From positions 576,001 to 640,000 of the forward strand of contig CAWBKB010000003.1 of the NCBI GenBank assembly GCA_963789265.1: a DNA stretch of 64,000 nt. Direction: 5' to 3'. The DNA is from an uncultured delta proteobacterium. GTDB taxonomy: Bacteria; Desulfobacterota; Desulfomonilia; Desulfomonilales; Desulfomonilaceae. Positions within the stretch are counted from its first letter, which is position 1; each line of letters starts with the position of its first letter. Below are positions 42,578-52,120 of the stretch, one piece after another. Position numbers and translations under genes: made by a program. The notes beneath the pieces are model-generated. The model was not told the origin of the DNA and made no database searches. It saw only the letters and a program-made list of their open reading frames with translations.

Positions 42578-43290
42578 TCATCCTTGGCGTACATTCCACA
42601 AGCGCGCATTTAAGTGTAGCCGTCGCCGAGAACTTTCAGGTCCTGCGGGAGACCGTTCTTCCGCCCGCGCGTAAACATCTTGAGAATCTGGCTCGCGTGA
42701 TCAAGGACCTGACCGAGGAACTGCGTCTAAGTGTGGGGTCTATCGATGGGTTTGGTGTAGCTCTGGGGCCGGGCTCTTTTTCCGGAGTGCGCGTGGGCCT
42801 TGCAACGATCAAGGGGATGGCCCTTGTCCTGAGAAGGCCGATAGCAGGCATTTCCAGCCTCGATATTTTGGCCTGGCAGGCCCTGCGGGACGGCGAATGG
42901 TGCGCTCCTATAATCGATGCGCGACGCGGGGAGATATATACAGCCTTTTACAAAAGATCTGGAGGAAATCTGACCCTCGTTTCCGGGCCCATGCTTATCG
43001 AAGTGGAGAAATTTTTGCGATATACAGAGCATGTCTCCGGTCGACTTCTAATTTGTGGAGACCATGTGCTGGATCATCTAGCGTCATCGACTTCGAAATT
43101 GGTCAGGAGCCCTGTAAGCTCCCCATCTGCCGGTGCTTGCGCTCTGCTCGCATACAAACGCATTATACTGGGCAACGCTGACGATCTTCACGCGCTGACT
43201 CCCCTGTATATTAGACGTTCCGACGCAGAGGAGAAGAGAAGCGCGAGTATAGCAACTACTGAAAGCAAAACCGGCAATGAGCCCTCCTAA
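42574..43290 (+). CDS. tsaB: tRNA threonylcarbamoyladenosine biosynthesis protein TsaB
   Basis: GPGSFSGVRVG, IDARRGEIY, LTPLYIR. Confidence 0.94.
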   Translation: MIILGVHSTSAHLSVAVAENFQVLRETVLPPARKHLENLARVIKDLTEELRLSVGSIDGFGVALGPGSFSGVRVGLATIKGMALVLRRPIAGISSLDILAWQALRDGEWCAPIIDARRGEIYTAFYKRSGGNLTLVSGPMLIEVEKFLRYTEHVSGRLLICGDHVLDHLASSTSKLVRSPVSSPSAGACALLAYKRIILGNADDLHALTPLYIRRSDAEEKRSASIATTESKTGNEPS

Positions 43291-43336
43291 CCTTTTTCGG
43301 CTTGGCAAATAAGAAAGGCCGAATACCTCCATCTTC

Positions 43337-44140
43337 CTAGGGCCGGCTGGGGACATTTCCATTGGGAAAGAATTCATAAGATCCTTTCTCTACAAATTTT
43401 CCCGATAAAAACTCCCTGGGACGTATAATAATTGAGGACGGCGACAGATCAATAATGTGGTAAACGCTGTCCCAGCGTGACATCAAAGGCGCACCGCACG
43501 ATGACACAACTACCCTGGACTCGCGCTCGGGGAAGTTTATCTCCATGACGGCGGAACGGTGTTTGTGCCCTTGTAGTATAAGAGTTATGCCGACTTGCGT
43601 GCAGATGTTAAGGATTTCACCGGCGTCGGAAAGGGAATGTGCCCAGAATGATGAGCCTCGGATTACTGGGAGCACGGGATGGTGCAAGAACAAGACCTTG
43701 ACATAATTCTCGAAACTCGATGCTTGTTGCCTGAGCCAGTAACGTGTCTCACGTAAGATTGTCCCGGGCCAGGAAGGGAAAGAATGAACGGAATTGAGAC
43801 CTATGAAGACCGCTCTATTCGATTCGGAGCAGTAGACCACCCGGTCGCTGGCCCCGAAGAAATGACTATGACGCGTCATAGCGAAACGCGGCAACATCCA
43901 TTCCCACACTGCTGAAAAGCTGATTTCCCTGTTTCCTGGAACAACGATAAATGGGACATCGATTGATCGAAGGAAACCTTGTGCCCATCGAAATTGAGAA
44001 ACCCGGCCGCGGTCGGTAATATCGCCGGTGACAACTAGCAGCTCAAACGCCTGAGAAACCAAGTCTTTTTCCAGCGCGTCCAGCTTCTCGCGGGAAACAA
44101 GGCTGCCGAAGTGCAGGTCTGAAAGATGAGCGACTTTCAT
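43337..44140 (-). CDS. Metallophosphoesterase (calcineurin-like)
   Basis: HLSDLHFG, TGDITD, PGNRE, LHHP, QGHKH. Confidence 0.9.
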   Translation of the reverse strand: MKVAHLSDLHFGSLVSREKLDALEKDLVSQAFELLVVTGDITDRGRVSQFRWAQGFLRSIDVPFIVVPGNREISFSAVWEWMLPRFAMTRHSHFFGASDRVVYCSESNRAVFIGLNSVHSFPSWPGTILRETRYWLRQQASSFENYVKVLFLHHPVLPVIRGSSFWAHSLSDAGEILNICTQVGITLILQGHKHRSAVMEINFPERESRVVVSSCGAPLMSRWDSVYHIIDLSPSSIIIRPREFLSGKFVEKGSYEFFPNGNVPSRP

Positions 44141-44328
44141 GTAACCTGACCTTAGTTCGGCCGGCGCTCCAAGTCAATCTCCGCGAGTGTTTGAAAAAGT
44201 AGGTTGATTTTTTAGAGAGAATTCTCTAAAATTCCAGTTGAAATCTTTGTGCTTGATTTTTACGCGGTAATCACTAGTGTGGTCCGCATGGCGGTGAGCG
44301 CCACGGAATGTGGGCAAAGGAGTGAGTT

Positions 44329-45291
44329 ATGAAAGGGTTGTCGACTATACTTGCAATGTCGGGGGCTTTCCTTGTCGTGGCAGGGGTGGCCTTCGGGCAG
44401 GGCTATTACGGGTACGGAAATCCTGGCCAATACCAGTCTTACGGATCCTATGGCGACTACCTTGGAGCGCAGGCCGGCAACGGCCAGTATACGGTCCCTC
44501 AAGGATACGGGCAGCAGGCTCCGCAGAGTTACAGACAACAATACGGGCAGCAGGCTCCGCAGAGTTACGGACAACAATACGGGCAGAGCTACGGTCAGCC
44601 CCAGGCGTCATACGGGCAGCAGTATTCTCCGCAGGCCTATGCTGCTTATCAGAACTATCCCGGGTATAGCGCTTATCCCAATAACCAGTACGGACAGTAT
44701 TTGAGATCTGGAGGAAGATCCGCACCTGCGCGCTCTGCTCGACGACGATCGACACGCCACCGAAGCCGAGCGGCTGCATCCCGTACGCTTCAGCCTCAAC
44801 CCTCTTACACCACGCCGGCCGTCAACAGGAGCAGACAAAGAACCGCGTCTATATCCGGTGCCGTGGAACAAGGGACTCATAGTGAGGTTTACTGGGACGG
44901 CCGAGAATCGGCGGCAGGCCAAGAGCCGACTGCCGGAGTTCAACGACCAACTCAACCGCCTGCTGCCCATCCTGTGGTCCGGGAGTCAAGGAATTCTGTC
45001 AACTCTCCGGCGGTACAGGCCCCGCGAGGAACGCGCCGAAATATAGTGCGCCAAGCGGCAACACGTAATTCTCCTCCGCCTGCTAATCGTTCTGTTAAGT
45101 GGGGGAAAGAGGAAAAGAAAATTTCCGCGTCAAAGATAAAATGGGGAAAAGAGGACAAGCCCACTGCCGTCAGTGCTGAACCGGGTTCTTCCCAGGGCCC
45201 CCTCCTCGAAGCCCAATCAACGTCCAATCCCCAGGCCCATACGGAATCCAAGGTAACTGCAAAGAAATTCCAATGGGGCAAGACCAACTGA
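44329..45291 (+). CDS. Secreted low-complexity (Q/Y/G-rich) hypothetical protein
   Basis: Signal peptide ending AFG; YGQQAPQSY repeats; three [KQ]WGK motifs. Confidence 0.75.
   Translation: MKGLSTILAMSGAFLVVAGVAFGQGYYGYGNPGQYQSYGSYGDYLGAQAGNGQYTVPQGYGQQAPQSYRQQYGQQAPQSYGQQYGQSYGQPQASYGQQYSPQAYAAYQNYPGYSAYPNNQYGQYLRSGGRSAPARSARRRSTRHRSRAAASRTLQPQPSYTTPAVNRSRQRTASISGAVEQGTHSEVYWDGRESAAGQEPTAGVQRPTQPPAAHPVVRESRNSVNSPAVQAPRGTRRNIVRQAATRNSPPPANRSVKWGKEEKKISASKIKWGKEDKPTAVSAEPGSSQGPLLEAQSTSNPQAHTESKVTAKKFQWGKTN
44506..44586 (+). repeat. 36-bp coding tandem repeat (about 2.25 copies)
   Basis: tacgggcagcaggctccgcagagttacRgacaacaa x2 + tacgggcag. Confidence 0.9.
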
Positions 45292-45593
45292 GGGGCTTGA
45301 TTCGGAGAGAATTAAGAAAATTGAAGTATAGTGCGCATTCAATTGCGTGAACTATCCTCCGGTACAGTGATTGCCAGACTCTAATCTCGCGGGTCGCGCA
45401 ATGACACTTCTTTGCCGGTCGTGCCTGACGGATTGCCAATTGTCTCGGTAGCAAAAAGATTCTCGACGCGTCTGAAATTTCACGATGGGGTGGGAACCCA
45501 ACGCCTCTGGATCCCCGCCCCGCAGTCTCTCATTCCTTCTATTAAGACCTGAAGAATTGGACCTGTAAACATTCTACACGCCGTATTCTCAAG

Positions 45594-45815
45594 CTAAGCC
45601 ATCTCCTTTCCCACCAATTCTCCAATCTTGGAAGAAAAATCTGAAATTTCCTTCAGCAGGGGATTGACTACCAATGCCCACTCCGGGTGTTCGGAAAACT
45701 TTAAATTGCCGGTTTCAAGGACCTTGAAAACGACGAACATCTTGGTGCGCGCTTCGTCGATTTCGCTACGAACCCTTTCAAAGGTCCATTTCGCATCTGC
45801 CATCTGTTCCTCCAT
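45594..45815 (-). CDS. Small hypothetical protein
   Basis: 73-aa ORF with plausible helical composition; the second ATG has an SD-like ggagg. Confidence 0.55.
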   Translation of the reverse strand: MEEQMADAKWTFERVRSEIDEARTKMFVVFKVLETGNLKFSEHPEWALVVNPLLKEISDFSSKIGELVGKEMA

Positions 45816-46045
45816 CTTCGGAAACTGTTGATTGGGCGGCCTATCCAGTCATGTTCAATACATAAGCTGGTCGTTTGCCGGTTTGTCCGCTTGATTCGCG
45901 TTTAGCCTATATGGTGGTGTTAGACAAGGGCTTTCGGCAATGAATTCCACCTTCATATTTGGCTTATCTGCGGCAGTTATTCAGGTGCCTGAATCCATTG
46001 ACGGGCCCAGTCGATGAATTGGCCGCATCAAAGCTGATAAGTTCC

Positions 46046-46074
46046 TTGACACTGCAATACCGAGCGTCTATTAT
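46046..46074 (+). promoter_or_regulatory. Putative sigma70 promoter for the ABC transporter operon
   Basis: ttgaca-17 nt-tattat. Confidence 0.55.
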
Positions 46075-46292
46075 CAGCCCGACTAACAGTAATAGGACCA
46101 CTCAGGCAATCCTTCCATAAGGTCACTGTTCCGTGTTTCTTAAATCGAAGAGTGAGTTAAAGTATTTCGGCTGCTCACGTGTCCTTGATTCCGGCATATC
46201 GTGTCCGGGGGTAGACGAAGCCTATCTATTTCGATCAAAATGGCTTGGTGAGATCATGGGGGGATGGAAACCAAGAAGAAAGGAGAAAGCTG

Positions 46293-47495
46293 ATGAAAGG
46301 AAGGCGTTTCTTGGTCCTTTTAACGGTTCTCATCTTCGGCTTGTCGGGTTTGGTCTGCGCATACGCAGCCAACAAGAAGCCGCTAAAGATAGGAGCCATT
46401 TTTTCTGTTACCGGCGGTGCCGCATGGCTCGGCGACCCTGAGCAGAAAACCGTTCAGATGCTCGTGGAAGACATCAACAAGGCCGGCGGGGTCAACGGTT
46501 ATCCTCTACAAGTGTTGATAGAAGACGACGAGACACAAGAAGCCAAGGCGGTTAACGCGGTTGAGAAGCTCATTGACAAGGATAATGTGCTGGCAATAAT
46601 CGGCCCGTCCATAAGCGGTTCAAGTTTGGCTGTGAAGCCCATCTGCGAAAAGGACAAGGTTCCCAATGTCTCCGTCGCGGCGGCTGAAATAATTGTCACC
46701 CCCATCTCAGATTCCAAATACATATTTAAAGTCCCCCAGCTCGATTCCCACGTGGCCATCCGTATCCTCGAACAACTCAAGAAAATGGGAATTGACAAAA
46801 TCGGGATAATCTCCTCTACCAGTGCCTTCGGAAACCAGGGGAAGCTGCAACTACACAAGTATGCGAAAGAGATAGGGATAGAGATAGTGGCGGATGAGAC
46901 CTACGCCCCCAAGGATACCGACATGACCGCGCAGTTAAAGAAGATAGCGTCCACAGGCGCAGGTGCGGTGGTGAACTGGTCTATTGAACCGGCCCAGTCT
47001 CTCGTGGCAAAGAATATGAGACAGCTTGGAATGAAGATCCCCCTGTTCCAAAGCCATGGTTTCGGCAACCCCAAGTATATCCAGGCAGCGGGGGCGGCGG
47101 CGGAAGGAATAATCTTCCCGGCCGGCCGTCTTCTCGTCGCGGATTCACTCCCCGCGAATCACTGGCAGAAGAAAGTTCTTATGAAGTATAAAACCGAGTA
47201 TGAGAAGAAATACGGCCCACCGGTGAGCACCTTCGGAGGCCACGCGTACGATGCCCTATGGATAGTTGTCAATGCGATGAAGGCCAAGAAGATCACCCCT
47301 GACATGAATCTTGCGAAGGCAAGAAATTTGATCCGGGACGGTCTCGAGGAAACACATAATTGGATCGGGATGTCAGGCCACTTCAACATGAGTCCGAAAG
47401 ATCACGCAGGACTCGACAAGGACGACTCCCTTGAGATGCTGACTGTCACCAAGGGAGGCAAGATCATTCCTCTTTCACAAGCGAAAAAGAAATAA
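46293..47495 (+). CDS. LIV-family ABC transporter substrate-binding protein
   Basis: Signal peptide; KIGAIFSVTG, INKAGGVNG, AIIGPS, FQSHG, GHAYDA. Confidence 0.92.
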   Translation: MKGRRFLVLLTVLIFGLSGLVCAYAANKKPLKIGAIFSVTGGAAWLGDPEQKTVQMLVEDINKAGGVNGYPLQVLIEDDETQEAKAVNAVEKLIDKDNVLAIIGPSISGSSLAVKPICEKDKVPNVSVAAAEIIVTPISDSKYIFKVPQLDSHVAIRILEQLKKMGIDKIGIISSTSAFGNQGKLQLHKYAKEIGIEIVADETYAPKDTDMTAQLKKIASTGAGAVVNWSIEPAQSLVAKNMRQLGMKIPLFQSHGFGNPKYIQAAGAAAEGIIFPAGRLLVADSLPANHWQKKVLMKYKTEYEKKYGPPVSTFGGHAYDALWIVVNAMKAKKITPDMNLAKARNLIRDGLEETHNWIGMSGHFNMSPKDHAGLDKDDSLEMLTVTKGGKIIPLSQAKKK

Positions 47496-47581
47496 CCGAG
47501 ATAGTATAAATAACTGCTAATCGACCGAGGCGGCCGTCCATGCAACGGCCGTCCCGGTTTCCTCTGTTCGGAGCCGAGAGA

Positions 47582-48655
47582 ATGGTTTCGTTCGCAGACA
47601 TACTTCAGTATGTATTTTCAGGCATCACGATTGGGGCTATTTATGCCATGCTGGGGCTTGGCTTCACCATGATTTACAACTCCACCAGCATCATAAATTT
47701 TGCCCAGGGGGAATTCGTGATGCTGGGGGGACTCTTGGGGGTAACGTTTGTAGGCGCGGCAAAGAGTCATGGTTTGCCTGCCCACTACGCGATTGTCATC
47801 GGCTTTGTCTTGGCAACCGGAGTCACCACCCTTGTTGGGATGCTCATGGAGAAAATTGCCATAGAACCGACCGATAAACTGACGATTTTCCACTACGCGG
47901 GCATCGCAGTGGTGATCTTCGCTCTGGCCCGAATCTTCGCAGGTCTTGTCGTGGGCTGGGCACTGGTTATGACGTTTGTGCTGACCTTGGCAGCTTATTT
48001 TCTGTTGAGGCACCGGACCATCGAATCCATGAGAAATCCTTCGGTGCTTCAACTGATCATCATTACTATTGCCCTGTCCATCCTCGTACGTGGAATTTCG
48101 ATGTTTGTCTTCGGTAAGGACTCCTACTTCATGGCGCACTTCGTGTCGGAGCGACCGATCTATATTTTCGGCGCGACGGTGTTGCCGCAGACATTGTTGG
48201 TGGTTGCGGCCATCATAGTGGTGGTAATTCTGGTGGGTCTGTTTTTCGGTTTTACCCTGACCGGCAAAGCCATGAAAGCTTGTGCGTTCAACCGAGACAT
48301 TGCCAAGCTCATGGGTATCAACGACCGCTCGATGATACTGCTGTCCTTTGCCATGTCTGCCTTTGTGGGGGCAGTGGCTGGTTACTTTGTTACGCCCATT
48401 ACTCTCATGGACTATGATCGCGGTCCCATGTTGGCGCTGAAAGGGTTCGGAGCCGCAGTCCTCGGAGGCCTGGGAAACGGCTTCGGGGCAGTAGCTGCCG
48501 GCTTCATATTGGGCATTCTCGAAGCGATGGGAACGGGATTGATCTCTTCCGGATACAAGGACGCTATCTCACTGATAATCCTGCTTGCGGTGCTCTTTTA
48601 CAAACCCAGTGGGCTCTTCGGTAGTGCCGAAGCAGCAAAATTTAAAGAATTCTGA
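47582..48655 (+). CDS. livH: LIV-family ABC permease (LivH-like)
   Basis: GAIYAMLGLGFTMIY..INFAQGEF; TGKAMKA; KGFGAAVLGG; KPSGLFG. Confidence 0.9.
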   Translation: MVSFADILQYVFSGITIGAIYAMLGLGFTMIYNSTSIINFAQGEFVMLGGLLGVTFVGAAKSHGLPAHYAIVIGFVLATGVTTLVGMLMEKIAIEPTDKLTIFHYAGIAVVIFALARIFAGLVVGWALVMTFVLTLAAYFLLRHRTIESMRNPSVLQLIIITIALSILVRGISMFVFGKDSYFMAHFVSERPIYIFGATVLPQTLLVVAAIIVVVILVGLFFGFTLTGKAMKACAFNRDIAKLMGINDRSMILLSFAMSAFVGAVAGYFVTPITLMDYDRGPMLALKGFGAAVLGGLGNGFGAVAAGFILGILEAMGTGLISSGYKDAISLIILLAVLFYKPSGLFGSAEAAKFKEF

Positions 48656-48729
48656 GTTCCCCGACCCACGGTCGGCATCCTGGTTCGGGATATTCGCACC
48701 GGAATAATTGTGCTTGGAGCAAACAGCTT

Positions 48730-49767
48730 ATGGGCCGCGGCAACCTTATCACTTTGATCGTCTTTGCAGTCCTAATTGTAGTTTTTCCAGTTGTCGTGAC
48801 CAGTCCTTACTACCTCAGAGTCATCAATTTTGCAGGAATTTTCACTCTGATATGTATCGGATTGTCGCTTCTTCTCGGGTACGCGGGACAGATCTCAATC
48901 GGCCAGGCAGGGTTCTTTGCAATCGGGGCGTATTCTTCAGGAATATTGACGGCTCAGTTCGGGTACAGCCCATTGGTCGGCATTTTGGTAGGTATATGCA
49001 TCAATAGCCTGGTGGCATACTTCGTGGGGATTCCGACGCTCAAACTCCGGGGTCATTACCTGGCCATGGCCACTTTAGGTATTGGCGAAATCATAAATAT
49101 AGTTGCCGTAGCGGATACGGGTGAGATTACCAAGCTGCTTCAATTCTTAGGGGAAAAGGTTGGTTACGCGCCCGGAGTTGTGGCCGAAGCCCTTGACCCT
49201 TTTCGATCCTTGACGGGGGGGCCCTCCGGATTCGGGCAGATACCTTCCCTCGGCATAGGTCCGTGGCAATTATCTACTCCGGCTGAATGGTTCTATTTGA
49301 TCTGGTTGGTTGTGCTTCTCTCAATGATCCTCGCTCTCAATCTGATTCATTCCCGGATCGGCAGGGCCTTGAGGGCCATTCACGGCAACGAGGAAGCAGC
49401 ACGGGCTATGGGAATAGATACCCCCGCTCTCAAGCTCGGGATCTTTATCATATCTGCCGGTATGGCCTCAATCGCCGGCTCTTTGTACGCTCACTATGTG
49501 ACGTTCATATCCCCTGCGACATTCTCGATCAACGAGTCGATTACGTTCCTGGTTATGGTGGCTGTTGGAGGGATGATGAACGTTTGGGGGGCGCTCGTGG
49601 GCGCGATAATTTGGACTATCCTGCCGGAAAGCCTAAGAGTTTTCGCCGACTATGACATTCTTATGAAAGGTTTGGTTTTGCTGGTCATTATGATGTTCAT
49701 GCCTGAGGGCATTGTGGGCCTGCTTCAGGATTCTCTGAAGCAGTGGAAAACAGAAAAGACCGGGTGA
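48730..49767 (+). CDS. livM: LIV-family ABC permease (LivM-like)
   Basis: LLGYAGQISIGQAGFFAIGAY; LRGHYLAMATL; GRALRAI; PEGIVG. Confidence 0.92.
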   Translation: MGRGNLITLIVFAVLIVVFPVVVTSPYYLRVINFAGIFTLICIGLSLLLGYAGQISIGQAGFFAIGAYSSGILTAQFGYSPLVGILVGICINSLVAYFVGIPTLKLRGHYLAMATLGIGEIINIVAVADTGEITKLLQFLGEKVGYAPGVVAEALDPFRSLTGGPSGFGQIPSLGIGPWQLSTPAEWFYLIWLVVLLSMILALNLIHSRIGRALRAIHGNEEAARAMGIDTPALKLGIFIISAGMASIAGSLYAHYVTFISPATFSINESITFLVMVAVGGMMNVWGALVGAIIWTILPESLRVFADYDILMKGLVLLVIMMFMPEGIVGLLQDSLKQWKTEKTG

Positions 49768-49770
49768 AAA

Positions 49771-50550
49771 GTGAAGGAGATCCTCTCAATCCAGGGAATC
49801 TTCGTCAAATTCGGCGGAGTCATGGCCGTTGGGAACGTCTCTGCAGGCGTGGCCGCTAATTCCATCACAGCCGTTATAGGGCCTAACGGCGCGGGTAAGA
49901 CTACCCTGATCAATGTGATATCCGGGGCTATAGCGCCCACCAGAGGGAAAGTTCATTTCAATGAGCAGGAGATTACCGGCCTTCCCCAGCACAAGGTCGC
50001 GGAAATCGGGATAGCGAGAACGTTTCAGAATCTCCGGCTCTTCCGCCACATGACCGCATTGGAAAACGTGATGGTTGCACGCCACATTAAGACCTCTTCC
50101 GGTTTTCTGACATGCTCGCTCAAACTTCCGTCGAGCCGCCGAGACGAGAGGACTGTTCGCGAAAAATCCATGGAATTTCTCGATTTTGTCGGGTTGAGCG
50201 ACAAAGCCCATGCAGATGCTCATTCGATGCCGTTCGGTCTTCAGCGCCATCTAGAGATCGCTCGTGCTTTGGCACTTGAGCCAAAGGTCATCTTACTGGA
50301 CGAACCTGCGGGCGGATTGAACCCGGGAGAAACCGAGGGTCTGGCAAGACTGATCCGCAAGATTCGAGATAGGAATGTCACTGTAGTCCTTATCGAGCAC
50401 GACATGAGCCTCATTATGAACATTTCGGACCATATCGTTGTGCTTAATTACGGTCAGAAAATAGCCGAAGGGACCCCGAAAGAAATCCAGAATAATGAGG
50501 CTGTCATAGAAGCTTACCTGGGCAAATCCGCTTCTTATGGATCCGCGTGA
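49771..50550 (+). CDS. livG: LIV-family ABC ATPase (LivG-like)
   Basis: GPNGAGKTT, ARTFQN, LLDEPAGG, IEHDM, AYLG. Confidence 0.93.
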   Translation: MKEILSIQGIFVKFGGVMAVGNVSAGVAANSITAVIGPNGAGKTTLINVISGAIAPTRGKVHFNEQEITGLPQHKVAEIGIARTFQNLRLFRHMTALENVMVARHIKTSSGFLTCSLKLPSSRRDERTVREKSMEFLDFVGLSDKAHADAHSMPFGLQRHLEIARALALEPKVILLDEPAGGLNPGETEGLARLIRKIRDRNVTVVLIEHDMSLIMNISDHIVVLNYGQKIAEGTPKEIQNNEAVIEAYLGKSASYGSA

Positions 50551-50576
50551 TCGGGTGCCCGACTGGGATGAGGCGA

Positions 50577-51302
50577 ATGCTTGAAATCCGCAAGCTCAAT
50601 GTCTTTTACGGCAAAGTCCACGTCATTAAGGATCTCTCCTTGCGCGTGGAAGCGGGCGAATGCGTAACATTACTCGGCGCAAACGGTGCCGGGAAATCTA
50701 CGTTAATCAATACCGTATGCGGCCTGGTACCGCTCACGGGCGGGTCCGTAAGCCTGGGGGGGATGGATATCAGCCGTACGCCGGCTTACAAGATCGTCCG
50801 CCTAGGCATTTCGCAAGTGCCGGAAGGTCGGCAGATCTTTGCGAACATGTCGGTAATGGACAATTTACGGCTGGGAGCCTACTGCAGATACACCGGAGGA
50901 ACTAAGGCGGAAGTGGGCAAGGACATGGACCGCGTGATGGAAATGTTCCCCAGATTGCAGGAACGTCGGAGCCAACTTGCGGGCACCCTCTCTGGAGGAG
51001 AGCAACAGATGCTGGCCATCGGCCGGGCGCTTATGTGCAGGCCGAAAGTGCTGCTGCTTGACGAACCTTCGCTTGGACTTGCTCCATTGGTAGTGCAATT
51101 CATATTTGAGACTATCAGCGCGCTGAGAACAGAGAGCCGAATTTCCGTCATGATGGTCGAACAGAATGCCCGGGCCGCGCTGCAGGTTGCGGAACGCGGA
51201 TACATCCTGGAGACAGGGAAAATCATAATGCAGGACTCGTCCAGTGCGCTTGCAAACAACCCCGAAGTCCGGAAGGCCTTCCTGGGTGCGGGAACCACTT
51301 AG
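50577..51302 (+). CDS. livF: LIV-family ABC ATPase (LivF-like)
   Basis: GANGAGKST, VPEGRQIF, LSGGEQQMLA, LDEPSLGLAP, VEQNA. Confidence 0.94.
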   Translation: MLEIRKLNVFYGKVHVIKDLSLRVEAGECVTLLGANGAGKSTLINTVCGLVPLTGGSVSLGGMDISRTPAYKIVRLGISQVPEGRQIFANMSVMDNLRLGAYCRYTGGTKAEVGKDMDRVMEMFPRLQERRSQLAGTLSGGEQQMLAIGRALMCRPKVLLLDEPSLGLAPLVVQFIFETISALRTESRISVMMVEQNARAALQVAERGYILETGKIIMQDSSSALANNPEVRKAFLGAGTT

Positions 51303-51341
51303 GGCGATAGGGCCGGCCCCGCCATATCCTGTCTAGGATTG

Positions 51342-51803
51342 TCACATGTTTGACCGCGCACCGGAATCAGCACCGCAAATGTTTCTGAGCCCATTTCGTT
51401 TTTGTTCCGGCCGGACAAGGTGCACGAGCTTCCTCCACAATACAGCGCAGGCAATGCCGATTTTGATAAAGAAAGTACCCATGTCATTGCCGGCAACCAG
51501 ATGTGCGTGCAGGTGAAAGACCATCTGGCCTCCGCCTCTATTTACATTGATAAAGAATCTGTACCCGGTTTGGGCTATACCCAGATCTTCGGCAATCTTT
51601 TTGGCCACCCGGGACAAGTGATTTACAATCTGGTCGTTTTCGTCCACGTCGTTGAGGGTGGGAATATGTTGCCGCGGGACAATGAGTATGTGAACGGGGG
51701 AAGCAGGCCGGGCATCCCAAAATGCCACTGCCAGGGCATCCTCGTACACTTTTCGAGCTGGCAGTTTACCCTCAATAATTTTGCAAAAGACGCAATCGCT
51801 CAT
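51342..51803 (-). CDS. HIT (histidine triad) nucleotide-binding protein with C-terminal extension
   Basis: MSDCVFCKI, HILIVP, GQMVFHLHAHL; the ORF extension to 52124 runs through repeats. Confidence 0.9.
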   Translation of the reverse strand: MSDCVFCKIIEGKLPARKVYEDALAVAFWDARPASPVHILIVPRQHIPTLNDVDENDQIVNHLSRVAKKIAEDLGIAQTGYRFFINVNRGGGQMVFHLHAHLVAGNDMGTFFIKIGIACAVLWRKLVHLVRPEQKRNGLRNICGADSGARSNM

Positions 51804-51892
51804 AGAAAGACTCGTCAACTCGGTTTTAATTTTGGTGGAAAGAAACAACATCCGTTCGGGCGAGCATTCACTTACGGGGAATCTTCGAGTCC

Positions 51893-52025
51893 GTAGGGGC
51901 AGTCCCCCGCGACGCGGGATTGTGTCCGCCCTCTCGTGGGTGCCCGCAAGAGGTGCCCCTACAAGGCATGCCCGCGTATGCCGACATGATAACATGTGGG
52001 GGCGGGTTTCAAACCCACCCGTATC
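51893..52025. repeat. GTAG-headed REP cluster
   Basis: gtaggggcagt..gccctc..tgcccctac with inserted cccgcgacgcggg; gtgggggcgggtttcaaacccacccgtat. Confidence 0.75.
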
Positions 52026-52120
52026 AGAAACGCCGTCTAACTGGTACGAAAGCGAATCATCATAAATGCACGTCGTGATCCGGAAGAGCCCCTCATTGAC
52101 ATAGCGCGATCGGAGAAGGA

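Noticed and set aside
44506..44586. 36-bp direct repeats as a CRISPR array
   Set aside because: Units are adjacent with no spacers, in frame within a CDS, and no cas genes are present
46075..46292. Riboswitch or T-box in the ABC transporter leader
   Set aside because: No recognisable consensus motif or terminator; an Rfam scan would be needed
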